A model generated the notes under the pieces. That model worked only from the letters and a program-made list of their open reading frames with translations. It did not search any database and was not told the DNA's origin. Positions 33,678 to 44,800 of a stretch of 47,976 nucleotides of DNA are shown in pieces. Positions within the stretch are counted from its first letter, which is position 1. Each line of letters opens with the position of its first letter. The stretch lies in NCBI GenBank assembly GCA_965371715.1, contig CBDUZN010000001.1:1-47976 (forward strand), in the 5' to 3' direction. The translations under genes were made by a program, and so were the position numbers. Origin of the DNA: an uncultured bacterium. Its GTDB lineage: Bacteria > Hydrothermota > 32-111.

Positions 33678-35707
33678 ACATCACTCCATTCAAAATGTTT
33701 AGATATCGCCTGAGCAATATTAATTATATGATCACCAGCTCTTTCATAAGCATTTAAGATATCAGCATATACCGAATTGGATCCCATATCACAGATATCT
33801 TTTCTCATTCTACTAATATGATTATTAGCAAAAATTCTTTCATTCTCATTAAGTCGTTCTTCAAGAATATAGCATTTTTCAATATCCTCTATTGAATATG
33901 ATTTTTCAATATTATTATCAACCAAAGCAATCATTTTCATTAATATCCTATTCATTTCTTCTATTTCACTAATTGCTTCATCAGAGAATTTCAATCCCTT
34001 TTCTTTTCTTATCTGATAATATTCAATTAAGTTAATTGACTGATCCCCTACCCTTTCAATATCATTTATTGAATGTATATATACAGGTATCTGGTCCGCT
34101 TCCTTTTCAAACAACTCACCTCTTGAAATATTAATAATATATTGAGTAATTATATTCTGCAAATAATTTGTTTTTCTTTCAAGAAATTTCACCTTGTCAA
34201 TTTTGTCATCTTTGTTATTAATAATAATTTCAGTTGCTGTTTCCATTGAATTACGGGCTGTTTCCAACATATGTTTCATTTCTTTTTTCACCTGTCCAAG
34301 TGCAATTGATGGATTATTGAGAAGATTATTATCAAGATACTTTGCTTTTGTTGATTCCTTGATCTTGTCCTCCTCTTTAAGAGGAATAACCTTTTCTACA
34401 ATTCTTCTAATTACACCTGTAAATGGAAGAAATATAAGTGTATTACAAACATTGAATATTGTATGTGAATTAGCAACATATCTTGCAATATTTTCTCCTG
34501 CAAGATTATTGCCCGGGGTTATCCAGTCAATAAGGCGTAAATATGCAGGAACACCTCTTATTTTTATAAAATAAAATCCAAGCATCATATATGTAACACC
34601 AATAACATTAAATAATCCATGCACCAATGCAGCCCGTTTTCCTTGTCTGTTTGATGATAATGCTGCGAATGTTGCTGTTATTGTAGTTCCAATATTCTCA
34701 CCAAAAATCAATGGTACTGCACCATAAACATCTATAAGACCTTGTGAAGCAAGCACAATAGTCAGTCCAACAGTTGCACTTGATGATTGTACAATTACTG
34801 TAATAATAATTCCAGTCAGCATTGCAAGTAAAGGATTATGTGAAAAGTTCACGAAAAATTCAGTGATTTCAGGCGCATTTCTTAGTGGATGAACAGTTGC
34901 CGACATCATTGTCATTCCAAGAAACAAAAGACCAAACCCAAATAGAACCTCACAATAATTTTTATATTTTGAATGCTTTGCAAATAGAATCATAAATACA
35001 CCAATAGCAATTGCAGGTAATGCATAATCAGTAAGTTTAAAAGCAATTAACTGAGCTGTTATAGTTGTTCCAATATTAGCTCCCATAATCACACCAATTG
35101 ATTGAGCAAGCGTCATGAGACCTGCATTTACAAAGCCAACAATCATAACTGTTGTTGCACTTGATGATTGAATAATGCTTGTAACAAACAATCCTACAAT
35201 AACACTAAAAAATGTGTTTTTTGTTAAAGTAGCAATTATGCTTCTCATTTTATCACCGGCAACTCTCTGTAATCCATCAGACATAAATTTCATTCCGAAA
35301 AGAAAAAGAGCAAGTCCACCAATTATACCAAAAATGATTTTCATCCAATCAAGTCCGAATATCTGCAAATTAATCACCTTTACCAAATCATCTTTATGAT
35401 AAATCTTTGCCATAAAAATATTGTTTTCCATTGTCTTTGATACTTTAAATCTTGCTACAATAATTCCATTATCATCTGGATATACTTTTTCAACAAGGAC
35501 ATTACCTTCACCTTCAACAACAGTAAAATTAGCATAAAAATCCTTAATATTATGCAAACTATCGGGTTCAATTGTTATTTCTACCGGATTTTCAGTTATA
35601 GAATTTACTCTTTGATTTCCTTTAGTCCAATTTACAGTAATCTCAAATGCAGAAATGGTAACAGAAAAAAGTATTGTGAAAATAATCAGAATAATTTTTT
35701 TATTCAT
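33674..35707 (-). CDS. Na/Pi cotransporter family protein with C-terminal PhoU-like repeats and an extra ~115-aa N-terminal exported domain
   Basis: Core begins at GGLALFLFGMKFMSDGLQ. Duplicated QSSSATT motifs. PhoU-like ERVGDQ and ERAGDH near the C-terminus. Signal peptide MNKKIILIIFTILFSVTISA. Confidence 0.82.
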   Translation of the reverse strand: MNKKIILIIFTILFSVTISAFEITVNWTKGNQRVNSITENPVEITIEPDSLHNIKDFYANFTVVEGEGNVLVEKVYPDDNGIIVARFKVSKTMENNIFMAKIYHKDDLVKVINLQIFGLDWMKIIFGIIGGLALFLFGMKFMSDGLQRVAGDKMRSIIATLTKNTFFSVIVGLFVTSIIQSSSATTVMIVGFVNAGLMTLAQSIGVIMGANIGTTITAQLIAFKLTDYALPAIAIGVFMILFAKHSKYKNYCEVLFGFGLLFLGMTMMSATVHPLRNAPEITEFFVNFSHNPLLAMLTGIIITVIVQSSSATVGLTIVLASQGLIDVYGAVPLIFGENIGTTITATFAALSSNRQGKRAALVHGLFNVIGVTYMMLGFYFIKIRGVPAYLRLIDWITPGNNLAGENIARYVANSHTIFNVCNTLIFLPFTGVIRRIVEKVIPLKEEDKIKESTKAKYLDNNLLNNPSIALGQVKKEMKHMLETARNSMETATEIIINNKDDKIDKVKFLERKTNYLQNIITQYIINISRGELFEKEADQIPVYIHSINDIERVGDQSINLIEYYQIRKEKGLKFSDEAISEIEEMNRILMKMIALVDNNIEKSYSIEDIEKCYILEERLNENERIFANNHISRMRKDICDMGSNSVYADILNAYERAGDHIINIAQAISKHFEWSDV

Positions 35708-36404
35708 TTTTTCTCCATATAATTGTCATATTTCTTTTCTTCAAATCTCCTTTTCTGTATGAGAACAATAATTCGTGTTTACATATATTACATAATTCCA
35801 TATTACTAATCTCACAAAATGGACTTAATGAATCATTAATAATTTGTCTAATATTTATTTGCGTTTTATTATTATCTGTTAAAGAACAGTATTTGTCTGA
35901 ATATTTATTTATAAATAAACTTTTTACATCATCATCAACAACAAAATGTTTTTCACATATACCCTGCGCAATGATGACTTTGCTTTCTCCTTTGAATATT
36001 TTTGGCATTTCATCAATTATTCCATTCAGCACTCCTTTCCAACCGGCATGAACAATACCAAATGTTCCTCCATTATCTGTTGTAAAAAATACATTGTAAC
36101 AATCAGCAGTAAGAATATATAATGCATTGGAATAATCATTTGAATACACTCCATCACAATCACTTTTATTGTTAGCAGAAAGAATAAGATTTGAATGAAT
36201 CTGCTTATTATGAATATAGTTTTTGTCTTCAATATTAAGTTCCTTAAAAAACATTTGTCTGTTTTTTGCATTCTCTACATCATTATCACTCATATCTCCA
36301 TTGTTTACTATTTCTGATTTTAATGAAATTGCAATATTATATGGTTTAAGTAAATCACTTTTTATGTATTTTATTCTATCATTCCTTATATCAAATGTCC
36401 CCAA
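35700..36404 (-). CDS. pgeF: Peptidoglycan editing factor PgeF (YfiH/DUF152 laccase-domain protein)
   Basis: TADCYNVFF...GIVHAGWKG signature and the C-terminal CNIC...LFSYR pattern. Confidence 0.8.
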   Translation of the reverse strand: MGTFDIRNDRIKYIKSDLLKPYNIAISLKSEIVNNGDMSDNDVENAKNRQMFFKELNIEDKNYIHNKQIHSNLILSANNKSDCDGVYSNDYSNALYILTADCYNVFFTTDNGGTFGIVHAGWKGVLNGIIDEMPKIFKGESKVIIAQGICEKHFVVDDDVKSLFINKYSDKYCSLTDNNKTQINIRQIINDSLSPFCEISNMELCNICKHELLFSYRKGDLKKRNMTIIWRKNE

Positions 36405-38100
36405 TTTTTATATCCTTTATTTGAAGTTGAATTTCATCTTTTCCCTGAAAATTGTTTCTTTTAATATAAAATGCCAGATTTACTACATTCTTATCATCTA
36501 TCATTGCAGCAGATAATTCTTTGACTGCATTAAACCAAATACAATCTAATGTATGATTCCCGTAACCAGTTGTACACCTTAAGTGTTTGTTTTTAAATAT
36601 AATTGGATATCCAAGAATATTTACATTTTTTGTTATAAGTAAAGGCATTGGATTTCCATATCCGAAAGGAGCAAGAAGACGAAGTTTCTTTTCAAGATTA
36701 TCATTTATTTCATCCAAGGTTATTTCCGCATCAATTTCAATTGATCTAATTTTATCATCTTCTAAAAGGGAATTCTCAGCAATTTTTTCAAATTGATCAA
36801 TAAATTTTTCAAGATTTTCCTTCTTTATTGTTATACCAGCTGCCAATTTGTGACCACCAAAAGATTCTAATAAATCATTAACTTTTATAAGAGCATTGTA
36901 CATGTGGAAATCAGGAATTGACCTACCTGATCCTTTTCCAATATTATCAGTCAAAGAAATTATTATTACCGGTTTATAATATTTTTCTACCAATCTTGAA
37001 GCAACAATACCAATTACACCTTCATGCCAATTTTTTCCTGCAAGTATAATAGCATTCTTTTTATAAAGTTGCTTCTTCTCAATAATTTCTACCGTTTGAT
37101 CAAAAACCTCCTGGTCAATTTTTTTCCTCTTTATATTTTCTTCATTTAGATTATGTGCAATAATATTGGATTCGCATTCATCTTCTGAAATGAATAGGCG
37201 CACTGCTTCATTTGCATCAGACATTCTTCCAACCGCATTTATCCTTGGTGCCAGCGCAAAACCAATATGAAAAGAAGTTAACTTTTCCTTTAATATACCT
37301 GATACATCACATAATGCTTTAAGCCCTTGGTTTTTAGTTACTTTTATTGCTTCAATACCAAAATATGTAATTATTCTGTTTTCATCTATTAATGGAACAA
37401 CATCGGCAACTGTGCCAAGAGCTACAAGATCAATATATTTTTTAATATCCAAAAAATCTTTATTATTATATTTCAAAAAACCCTGAATAAGTTTTAAAAC
37501 CACTCCTACTCCGGCAAGATATTTAAATGGATATTTATCATCAAATCTGTTTGGATTCAATATAGCTATTGCACTTGGGATATTTTCCATTACTTCATGA
37601 TGATCGGTAATAATAACATCAATTGAATGTTTGTTAGCATAATCAACTTCCTTTAATCCGGTTATCCCGCAATCCACCGTAATAATAACATCAATATTTC
37701 TTTCTATTGCAATATTTATTCCTTTTTTTGAAAATCCATATCCATCATCAACTCTATTAGGAATAAAATAATCAGGATTAAGTCCATTCTCAACAAGAAA
37801 ATTATGCATCAATGCTGTGGATGTGATACCGTCAACATCATAATCGCCAAATATCATAATTTTTTCTTTTCGCTCAATTGCTTGGTTGATTCTAATAACT
37901 GCCTTTTCCATATCTTTCATAAGAAAAGGATCATACATATCTTCAATCTTCGGATAAAGCAATCGTTCTATTTCATCTTCACTATCAAATCCTCTATTTA
38001 TTAGAATATCAACAATAATTGTTGGAATACTCAATTTTTTTGAAATTTCATCTACCCTTTCTTTGTCAGGTTTATTTTTCATAATCCAGTTTGTATTCAT
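36391..38100 (-). CDS. recJ: Single-stranded-DNA-specific exonuclease RecJ
   Basis: DHH motifs IFGDYDVDGITS, TVDCGI, ITDHH. DHHA1 motif GGHKLAAG. Confidence 0.92.
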   Translation of the reverse strand: MNTNWIMKNKPDKERVDEISKKLSIPTIIVDILINRGFDSEDEIERLLYPKIEDMYDPFLMKDMEKAVIRINQAIERKEKIMIFGDYDVDGITSTALMHNFLVENGLNPDYFIPNRVDDGYGFSKKGINIAIERNIDVIITVDCGITGLKEVDYANKHSIDVIITDHHEVMENIPSAIAILNPNRFDDKYPFKYLAGVGVVLKLIQGFLKYNNKDFLDIKKYIDLVALGTVADVVPLIDENRIITYFGIEAIKVTKNQGLKALCDVSGILKEKLTSFHIGFALAPRINAVGRMSDANEAVRLFISEDECESNIIAHNLNEENIKRKKIDQEVFDQTVEIIEKKQLYKKNAIILAGKNWHEGVIGIVASRLVEKYYKPVIIISLTDNIGKGSGRSIPDFHMYNALIKVNDLLESFGGHKLAAGITIKKENLEKFIDQFEKIAENSLLEDDKIRSIEIDAEITLDEINDNLEKKLRLLAPFGYGNPMPLLITKNVNILGYPIIFKNKHLRCTTGYGNHTLDCIWFNAVKELSAAMIDDKNVVNLAFYIKRNNFQGKDEIQLQIKDIKIGDI

Positions 38101-39407
38101 AGTGTTTCCAAATCCTTTATATGCTTCAATTTGATAAGTTCAACATCTTTCGTTTCTTTTTTATAATTAAATGGTAAAATGATTTTCTTTATTCCCAATT
38201 GCTTTAAGTGTTTAATTCTTAATTCTATATCTCTACTTCCTGTAATTTCGCCGGATAAATTAATTTCTCCTATAAATGCTGTATCAGCAGATATGTTTTT
38301 CTCTCTATAGGATGATAAAACAGCATTCACAAAAGCCAAGTCGCATATTGAATCATCAATTGATATTCCACCTGATACATTCACAAACACATCCCTATCC
38401 CCAATATTAATCTTTAAATATTTATCCATAATCCCAAGTAGCATTTGATACCTTTTAAAATTAATTCCTGATGCAATTCTTTGCGGCATTCCATATTTTG
38501 ATAATGAAACAAGACCCTGTATTTCAACGGCAATAGGAATACTTCCTTTATAAGTACAGGATATTGTTTTCCCGATTCCTCCTGTTTGACTTAAACTAAA
38601 GTGTTCTATGTTTTCAATAATTTCCATACCATTTGCTTTTAGGTTTGCCATTATTATTTCATCCGTTGAACCGAATCTGTTTTTTATGGATTTGATTATT
38701 CTCATTTCATTTTCAGATTTTTCAATAATGAAAACAATATCAACCATATGTTCAAGCGTTTTTGGTCCGGCAATGCTGCCATCCTTTGTAATATGACCAA
38801 TTATAATAACAGGAATATTTCTTTTTTTTGTTTCCGAGCTCAATTCACCAAGAATGTATTTCACCATTGTAGGAGATCCACTTACACCTTTACCATCATC
38901 GCTATTTATTGTCTGAATGGAATCAATAATAATCATATCATAATTATCATTCAATTGTTCTATAATATCTTCAATACTCGGATAGGCAAGAATATTTGTA
39001 TTTCCACTAAATCCCAATCTGTCAAATCTCATTTTCAATTGACCCGGTGATTCTTCACCGCTAATATACAGTATATTAGCATTTTCAAGTGATTGCATAA
39101 GCATTACCGCAAATGTAGATTTCCCCACACCAGGCGCTCCTGATAATAAAACAATCTCACCTTTCACAATACCATTTCCAAATAATCTATTTAAATGCTT
39201 ATTGGTAAATTGTATATTCTCAATTTCGCTTGCTTTAATATCTTTTAAATTTACAATTTTTGTATGTTTTTTCTTTGCTGATTTCTTTTCTACATTAGTC
39301 ATCACCATTGAATCCCAAAGTCCACAAGTCGGACATTTGCCGTACCATTTGACAGATACAAATCCACATTCATAACATCTGTATTCGGTTTTACTCTTCA
39401 AAAACAT
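38097..39407 (-). CDS. radA: DNA repair protein RadA
   Basis: N-terminal zinc finger YRCYECGFVSVKWYGKCPTCGLW. Walker A GAPGVGKST. KNRFG motif. Lon-like C-terminal domain. Confidence 0.93.
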   Translation of the reverse strand: MFLKSKTEYRCYECGFVSVKWYGKCPTCGLWDSMVMTNVEKKSAKKKHTKIVNLKDIKASEIENIQFTNKHLNRLFGNGIVKGEIVLLSGAPGVGKSTFAVMLMQSLENANILYISGEESPGQLKMRFDRLGFSGNTNILAYPSIEDIIEQLNDNYDMIIIDSIQTINSDDGKGVSGSPTMVKYILGELSSETKKRNIPVIIIGHITKDGSIAGPKTLEHMVDIVFIIEKSENEMRIIKSIKNRFGSTDEIIMANLKANGMEIIENIEHFSLSQTGGIGKTISCTYKGSIPIAVEIQGLVSLSKYGMPQRIASGINFKRYQMLLGIMDKYLKINIGDRDVFVNVSGGISIDDSICDLAFVNAVLSSYREKNISADTAFIGEINLSGEITGSRDIELRIKHLKQLGIKKIILPFNYKKETKDVELIKLKHIKDLETL

Positions 39408-40180
39408 CCCTTTATTAATCTGTTTTTTGATATATCATCTATAACTATTTCTAATTTTCTAATACTTTTTTCAATTCTTAAATACATTTCATTGTCAGAA
39501 GTTAAACTCTTTAATGAATTATCATTTTCATTGTAAACAGATAATTCACTCTTAATAATATTTAATGATACCGATAGTGTATCCATCAATTGATTTAGTG
39601 TTTTACTGGCAATATTAATATTCTCTGTTATCTCTGAAACACCCTTGCCTGTTGTATGAATAACATCATTTACGCCATTTATTGATGCCTTTAGTGAATC
39701 CATAATATTGGAAATAACCTCTTTTGATGGTATAGCATCTTCAATCATAATTTTTATATCATTAAGAAGTATTGATGCTCTTGCAATTGAAAAATCATAA
39801 TTCTCCCCTCTTAAGGTATCAGAAGGAAATACATAATCAATTCCTTCCCCGGGGTATAGCATAATGTATTTTGTACCTCCTATAACAGCATAATCATGAA
39901 TACCTGCAATAGAATTATTTGGGATACTATGTTTCTTTTTCAATTCAATTTTCACTAATACGAAATCAGAAAGCAAATCAATGGATTTAACGCTACCACT
40001 CTTTACTCCCCTAAGTCGCACTTCGTCATTTACTCTTAGTCCATTGATGTCAACAAATTTCAATAAAACAAAATTACCAGATGAGCCAAAACGAATCTTG
40101 TTCATAAATATACTGACCAAAAAGAGAATTAATAATGCTGCAATCATTACAATTCCAATATACAATGTCTTTTTTTTCAT
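39398..40180 (-). CDS. mlaD: MlaD-family (MCE domain) protein
   Basis: N-terminal TM followed by an MCE-like segment LRVNDEVRLRGVKSGSVKSIDL. Operon position after the permease and ATPase. Confidence 0.7.
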   Translation of the reverse strand: MKKKTLYIGIVMIAALLILFLVSIFMNKIRFGSSGNFVLLKFVDINGLRVNDEVRLRGVKSGSVKSIDLLSDFVLVKIELKKKHSIPNNSIAGIHDYAVIGGTKYIMLYPGEGIDYVFPSDTLRGENYDFSIARASILLNDIKIMIEDAIPSKEVISNIMDSLKASINGVNDVIHTTGKGVSEITENINIASKTLNQLMDTLSVSLNIIKSELSVYNENDNSLKSLTSDNEMYLRIEKSIRKLEIVIDDISKNRLIKGCF

Positions 40181-40899
40181 ACATAACCTGCTGATTTAAG
40201 ATATTTTTTTACTGTTTCATTATTTGTACTCATAAATTCAATTTTATTACCAAAAAAATCTACATTACCATTATCAAGCATAAGAACAAAATCCGCAAAA
40301 TCGAGAAAACCTTTAATATCATGAGTAATAATAATTGTTGTTCTCTTTTTTGAATTTGATAATTCCTTTATAAGTTCTATAATTGTCTCAGATGTAATAG
40401 GATCAAGTCCAGTAATTGGTTCATCATAGAAAATAATATTTGGTTCATTTATTAATGCTCTTGCAATAGCAACCCTTTTCATCATTCCACCGGATAATTC
40501 ATGAATTTGCTTATCTGAAATATCTGTTAGATGTACTGTTTCGAGAATTTGAGTTACTTTTTCCGAATAATCCCGATTCCCTTTATTATAGATAAGAGGC
40601 AATGCAATATTCTCATAAACAGTCATAGAGTCAAATAGTGCATTGTTTTGAAATAAAACACCTATATTGCTTTTTACTTTCCTTATTTCTCTCTTAGGTG
40701 CAGAATTAATGTCAATATCCATAATAGAAATATTACCTGAATCAGGTTCTATAAGACCTAACATTGTTTTCATTAAAATTGTTTTCCCTGAACCACTTCT
40801 GCCAATTACAAGCAACACGGAATCATCAGGAAATTCAAATGAAATATTTTTAAGTACTGCATTATCAAAATCAATAATCAGATTTTTAACTGTTACCAT
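40177..40899 (-). CDS. mlaF: ABC transporter ATP-binding protein (MlaF-like)
   Basis: Walker A GRSGSGKT, signature LSGGMMKRVAIARAL, Walker B IIFYDEP. Confidence 0.8.
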   Translation of the reverse strand: MVTVKNLIIDFDNAVLKNISFEFPDDSVLLVIGRSGSGKTILMKTMLGLIEPDSGNISIMDIDINSAPKREIRKVKSNIGVLFQNNALFDSMTVYENIALPLIYNKGNRDYSEKVTQILETVHLTDISDKQIHELSGGMMKRVAIARALINEPNIIFYDEPITGLDPITSETIIELIKELSNSKKRTTIIITHDIKGFLDFADFVLMLDNGNVDFFGNKIEFMSTNNETVKKYLKSAGYV

Positions 40900-41585
40900 A
40901 TAAAAATAAGCCTTGTTAATAGATAATCCAAAACAACAACTATAATCACTGATGTAACAACCGATATTGTTGTTGCCTTTCCTACTGCTTTTGAACCATA
41001 GCCTGCATTAATAGAGAAATAACATGGAATAATAACAGTAAAAAAACCAAAAAATAGTGTTTTGATCATTCCACCAAAAACATTAAACATAGTAAAATTA
41101 TTTTTTGTTCCCTCAAGAAAAGCACTTACAGAAACATTAAGTCCAAATACAGCAATAACAAATGCACCGAAAATAATCATTACTTCAACTAAAATTGTAA
41201 GAAAAGGAATAATCAAAGTGCCGGCAACCACCTTAGGCATTACAAGATACTCAATAGGATTAATTGACATAACTTCAAGCGCATCTATCTGATCCGAAAT
41301 TTTCATTGAGGTCATTTCCGCAGCAACAGATGATGAAACCCTTCCGGCAAATGCAATGCCAGTTAATAAAGGTCCTATTTCAAGTATTACTGATTGGGTA
41401 ATTAGAGTACTAAGGTAAACCATTGGTATATAATTTCGCATCTGAAATGCAATCTGATATGATGATACCATACCAATAAAAAATGCTCCAAATAGAAGTA
41501 CGAATATTGTGTTAACTGAGAATTCATATATATCAGAAATTATAATTCTACGATATTTTATTATGTGTTTTAGAGATTTCACCAT
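40893..41585 (-). CDS. mlaE: ABC transporter permease (MlaE-like)
   Basis: Multi-TM protein with QIDALEVMSINPIEYLVMPKVVAG, the characteristic MlaE segment. Confidence 0.75.
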   Translation of the reverse strand: MVKSLKHIIKYRRIIISDIYEFSVNTIFVLLFGAFFIGMVSSYQIAFQMRNYIPMVYLSTLITQSVILEIGPLLTGIAFAGRVSSSVAAEMTSMKISDQIDALEVMSINPIEYLVMPKVVAGTLIIPFLTILVEVMIIFGAFVIAVFGLNVSVSAFLEGTKNNFTMFNVFGGMIKTLFFGFFTVIIPCYFSINAGYGSKAVGKATTISVVTSVIIVVVLDYLLTRLIFIW

Positions 41586-41644
41586 ATCCCATAAAAAAAC
41601 GGTAATATCTCCAATAATAAAAATTCTTTTTCTAATAGTATTTA

Positions 41645-42961
41645 TTATTCCTCCGGGCCACTAAATTGTGTTTTTTGTTTAAATTGGGTTAAAGCCGGAT
41701 CAAAAAGAATTCCTATATCACCAATGGGACCATTTCTCTGTTTTGCAAGAATAAATGTTCCATTATCCAACTTTACTCCCTTTTCAAAATCCCTATGTAT
41801 AAAAATCACAACATCAGCATCCTGCTCTACACTACCGGAATCTCTTATATCAGATAATACGGGTTTTTTATTCTCTCTTCTTTCGGGATTTCTTGAAAGC
41901 TGAGCAAGTGCTATAACAGGAATCCTTAATTCCTTTGATAATAATTTCAAGGATCTTGAAATTTCGGTTACTTCAATTTGTTTATTCTCAACCCTTCTTC
42001 CAAGACGCATCATTTGAAGATAATCAATAATAATAAAATCAATATGTCTGTCTTTCTGTAAACGCCTTGATTTTGCTTTTATATCTATTGGTGTTCCTGT
42101 TGTTGAGTCATCAATATAAATTTTTGATTCACTGAATTCATTAAGTGCTACTGTTATATTATGATAATCATTTGTATTTATTTTACCTTTTCTTAAATCC
42201 TGTCCCGATATTTGTGCATGTGTACATAGCATTCTTTCAATCAATTGATCAGAAGTCATTTCCAGCGAAAAAATCAATCCTGAAAAATTTTGATGCACAC
42301 AGGCATGAAGAAGCATATTGAGAGCAAAACTTGTCTTTCCCACTCCAGGCCTTGCAGCTAATACTATAAGTTCACCCTCGTGGAATCCAGTTGTAAGTGA
42401 ATCCAAATCATCAAATCCGGTAGGCACCCCTGTTACAGTTTTTTTATCTTTCCTGTACATCTCTATTCGCTTTTTGACATCATCTATTTTACCGCTAATA
42501 GGGATTATATCCTGTTTGTATCTATGTTCCTGTACTTTAAAAATTTCCGATTCCGCACTATCAATTATTTCATCAATTTCTGCTTCACTATAACACAGTT
42601 CCGCTATCTTCTTTGATGTCTCAATAAGATGTCTTAAAACATATTTATCCTCTACAATTTTTATATATTCATCAATATTAGCAATATAAGCCAATTCATT
42701 TGTTGTTTCATCAACATAATCTTCTCCACCAGCATCACTCAGTAATTTTTGGCTTCTTAATCTTTCCTTAACAGTTAATAGGTCAATTTTATCATTCCTC
42801 TCAAACATTTCTTCTATACATCTAAAAATAATCTTGTTTTCATGAAAGAAAAAATATTCCCGCTTAATCTTTGATATTACTTCATTAAGTACTGTGGGAG
42901 CATCCAAAAGTACTGCTCCAACTACAGCCATTTCGGCTGCTTTTGAATAAGGTTTATCCAT
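41645..42961 (-). CDS. dnaB: Replicative DNA helicase DnaB
   Basis: N-terminal AEMAVVGAVLLD. Walker A ARPGVGKTSFALN, IIDYLQMM, AQLSR. Confidence 0.95.
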   Translation of the reverse strand: MDKPYSKAAEMAVVGAVLLDAPTVLNEVISKIKREYFFFHENKIIFRCIEEMFERNDKIDLLTVKERLRSQKLLSDAGGEDYVDETTNELAYIANIDEYIKIVEDKYVLRHLIETSKKIAELCYSEAEIDEIIDSAESEIFKVQEHRYKQDIIPISGKIDDVKKRIEMYRKDKKTVTGVPTGFDDLDSLTTGFHEGELIVLAARPGVGKTSFALNMLLHACVHQNFSGLIFSLEMTSDQLIERMLCTHAQISGQDLRKGKINTNDYHNITVALNEFSESKIYIDDSTTGTPIDIKAKSRRLQKDRHIDFIIIDYLQMMRLGRRVENKQIEVTEISRSLKLLSKELRIPVIALAQLSRNPERRENKKPVLSDIRDSGSVEQDADVVIFIHRDFEKGVKLDNGTFILAKQRNGPIGDIGILFDPALTQFKQKTQFSGPEE

Positions 42962-43646
42962 TATTTTCTCCCATAAGAGATTTTAGTAATTTTAAATTAT
43001 CTGCAATTTTCTTTCTTGTAATTTCTTTTTGCTCTCCTTTCTGTATTAACAATGAAGAAGTATGATAGGTAGGAACTACAATTATTCCATTTTCAAGTTT
43101 ATAATGATTTCCGCTAAATTGATTCATTGTTAATTCCATATTTAAAATCACCCGTGATGCAAATCTGCCTAATGTTAAAATATATTCAGGTTTAATCATA
43201 TCAATTTCACGATTAAGAAACTCATTACATGCAACAATCCATTCTTTCTTAGGATCAGCATTCTGAGGTGGTCTGCATTTAACAACATTTGTTATATACA
43301 CATCATCTCTTTGTAATCCAATATAAGCAAGCATTTGTGTTAATTTTTCTCCGGCTTTCCCAATAAATGGTTTGCCCTCTCTATCCTCATTTTTTCCCGG
43401 TGCTTCTCCAATAAGCATGATGCGGGCATTCCTGTTTCCATAACCAATAACTTTATTTTTAACTGTTTTATATAAATCACATTTCTTGCATTCTATTAAT
43501 TCGGTTTTTAATTGTTCATATTCATCACCCGGGATAGATAGTTTCAAATGATCCCTATCTATAACTTCTGTAACATTCATACTGCTTCTGTAATGCTTCT
43601 TTTCATAGGCCAATTTCATAATTAGTGCATTCAGAATTTTATCCAT
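42954..43646 (-). CDS. Uracil-DNA glycosylase, family 4
   Basis: CKKCDLYKT, GEAPGKNEDREGKPFIGKAGEKL, and HTSSLL near the C-terminus. Confidence 0.85.
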   Translation of the reverse strand: MDKILNALIMKLAYEKKHYRSSMNVTEVIDRDHLKLSIPGDEYEQLKTELIECKKCDLYKTVKNKVIGYGNRNARIMLIGEAPGKNEDREGKPFIGKAGEKLTQMLAYIGLQRDDVYITNVVKCRPPQNADPKKEWIVACNEFLNREIDMIKPEYILTLGRFASRVILNMELTMNQFSGNHYKLENGIIVVPTYHTSSLLIQKGEQKEITRKKIADNLKLLKSLMGENNG

Positions 43647-44800
43647 TCAATCACCTTATTTGCAATTTCCAGCTTAGATCCTTTCTGATGTTTAAGCTTT
43701 TTACCTTTTTTCGTTAATATAGATATTACTGTTTTATCTGATCCAAGTGCATTAGGAGAATTAATAATAATATAATCAAGATTTTTTTCTTCTAATTTCT
43801 TCTCTGCATTTTTTTCATGATTATCAGTTTCTAATGCAAATCCGATTTTTAGAATATTTTTATTTTTCAGTTTTTTCAAAATATCTATATTTTTCACTAA
43901 TTCAATTTTTAATTTATCTGTTTTTTTAATTTTCTTATCTGAATATTTTGCCGGCTTATAATCAGATACAGCTGCAGACATTATCAATACATCATGATTA
44001 TTAATATTCTCTTCAATTTTTTCAAGCATCTCATCAGCATTGTTAATCTTAATGTTTTTAGAAAATTCCGGTGGTTCAATACTTAAATCTCCATGAATAA
44101 ATGTAATTACTTCCGCTTTTGCATAATAACATGCTTTTGCCATTGCTTCTGCCATTTTACCACTTGATAGATTTGAAATAACTCGCACAGGATCAATTTT
44201 TTCTGAAACGGATCCTCCGGTAATAATGATTTTTTTTCCAATTAATTTATCTGATGGAAAAATGACTCTTTTAATAAGATTGTAAATATTATTTGGCTCA
44301 GGCATTCTTCCTTTCCCAAATGTATTACAGGCAAGGAATCCTTCATCTGGCTGCATAACAATATAACCTAAGTCATTAAGTTTTTTTATATTCATCTTCA
44401 CAATAGGATTATCCCACATCCGCTCATTCATTGCCGGTACAAATATTGTTTTCTTATTACATGATAAAAAAACTGTACTTAAAAGGTCATCGGCAATCCC
44501 ATTTGCGCATTTACCAATAATATTTGCTGTTGCAGGAGCAATAATAAAAACATCAGCCCAATCTGTTAAGGAAATATGAGAAGTATCGGTTCTGTCCGTC
44601 CATAAGGTATCATATGCTTTTTCACCTGACAATGTTTCAATTGTTGCTTTTCCTATAAATCGCTTTGCATTTTCAGTTAATATTACCTTAACATTATACT
44701 GATTCTTTTTAAGAAGACGAATCAAATAACAGGTTTTATAAGCAGCTATACATCCTGTTATCCCAATAAGGATATTATTCGTTATCCTTGATTTTGTCAT
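43631..44800 (-). CDS. coaBC: Bifunctional phosphopantothenoylcysteine decarboxylase / phosphopantothenate-cysteine ligase
   Basis: Flavoprotein N-domain ILIGITGCIAAYK...PAMNERMW. CoaB domain ISNLSSGKM and AAVSDY. Confidence 0.92.
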   Translation of the reverse strand: MTKSRITNNILIGITGCIAAYKTCYLIRLLKKNQYNVKVILTENAKRFIGKATIETLSGEKAYDTLWTDRTDTSHISLTDWADVFIIAPATANIIGKCANGIADDLLSTVFLSCNKKTIFVPAMNERMWDNPIVKMNIKKLNDLGYIVMQPDEGFLACNTFGKGRMPEPNNIYNLIKRVIFPSDKLIGKKIIITGGSVSEKIDPVRVISNLSSGKMAEAMAKACYYAKAEVITFIHGDLSIEPPEFSKNIKINNADEMLEKIEENINNHDVLIMSAAVSDYKPAKYSDKKIKKTDKLKIELVKNIDILKKLKNKNILKIGFALETDNHEKNAEKKLEEKNLDYIIINSPNALGSDKTVISILTKKGKKLKHQKGSKLEIANKVIEWIKF

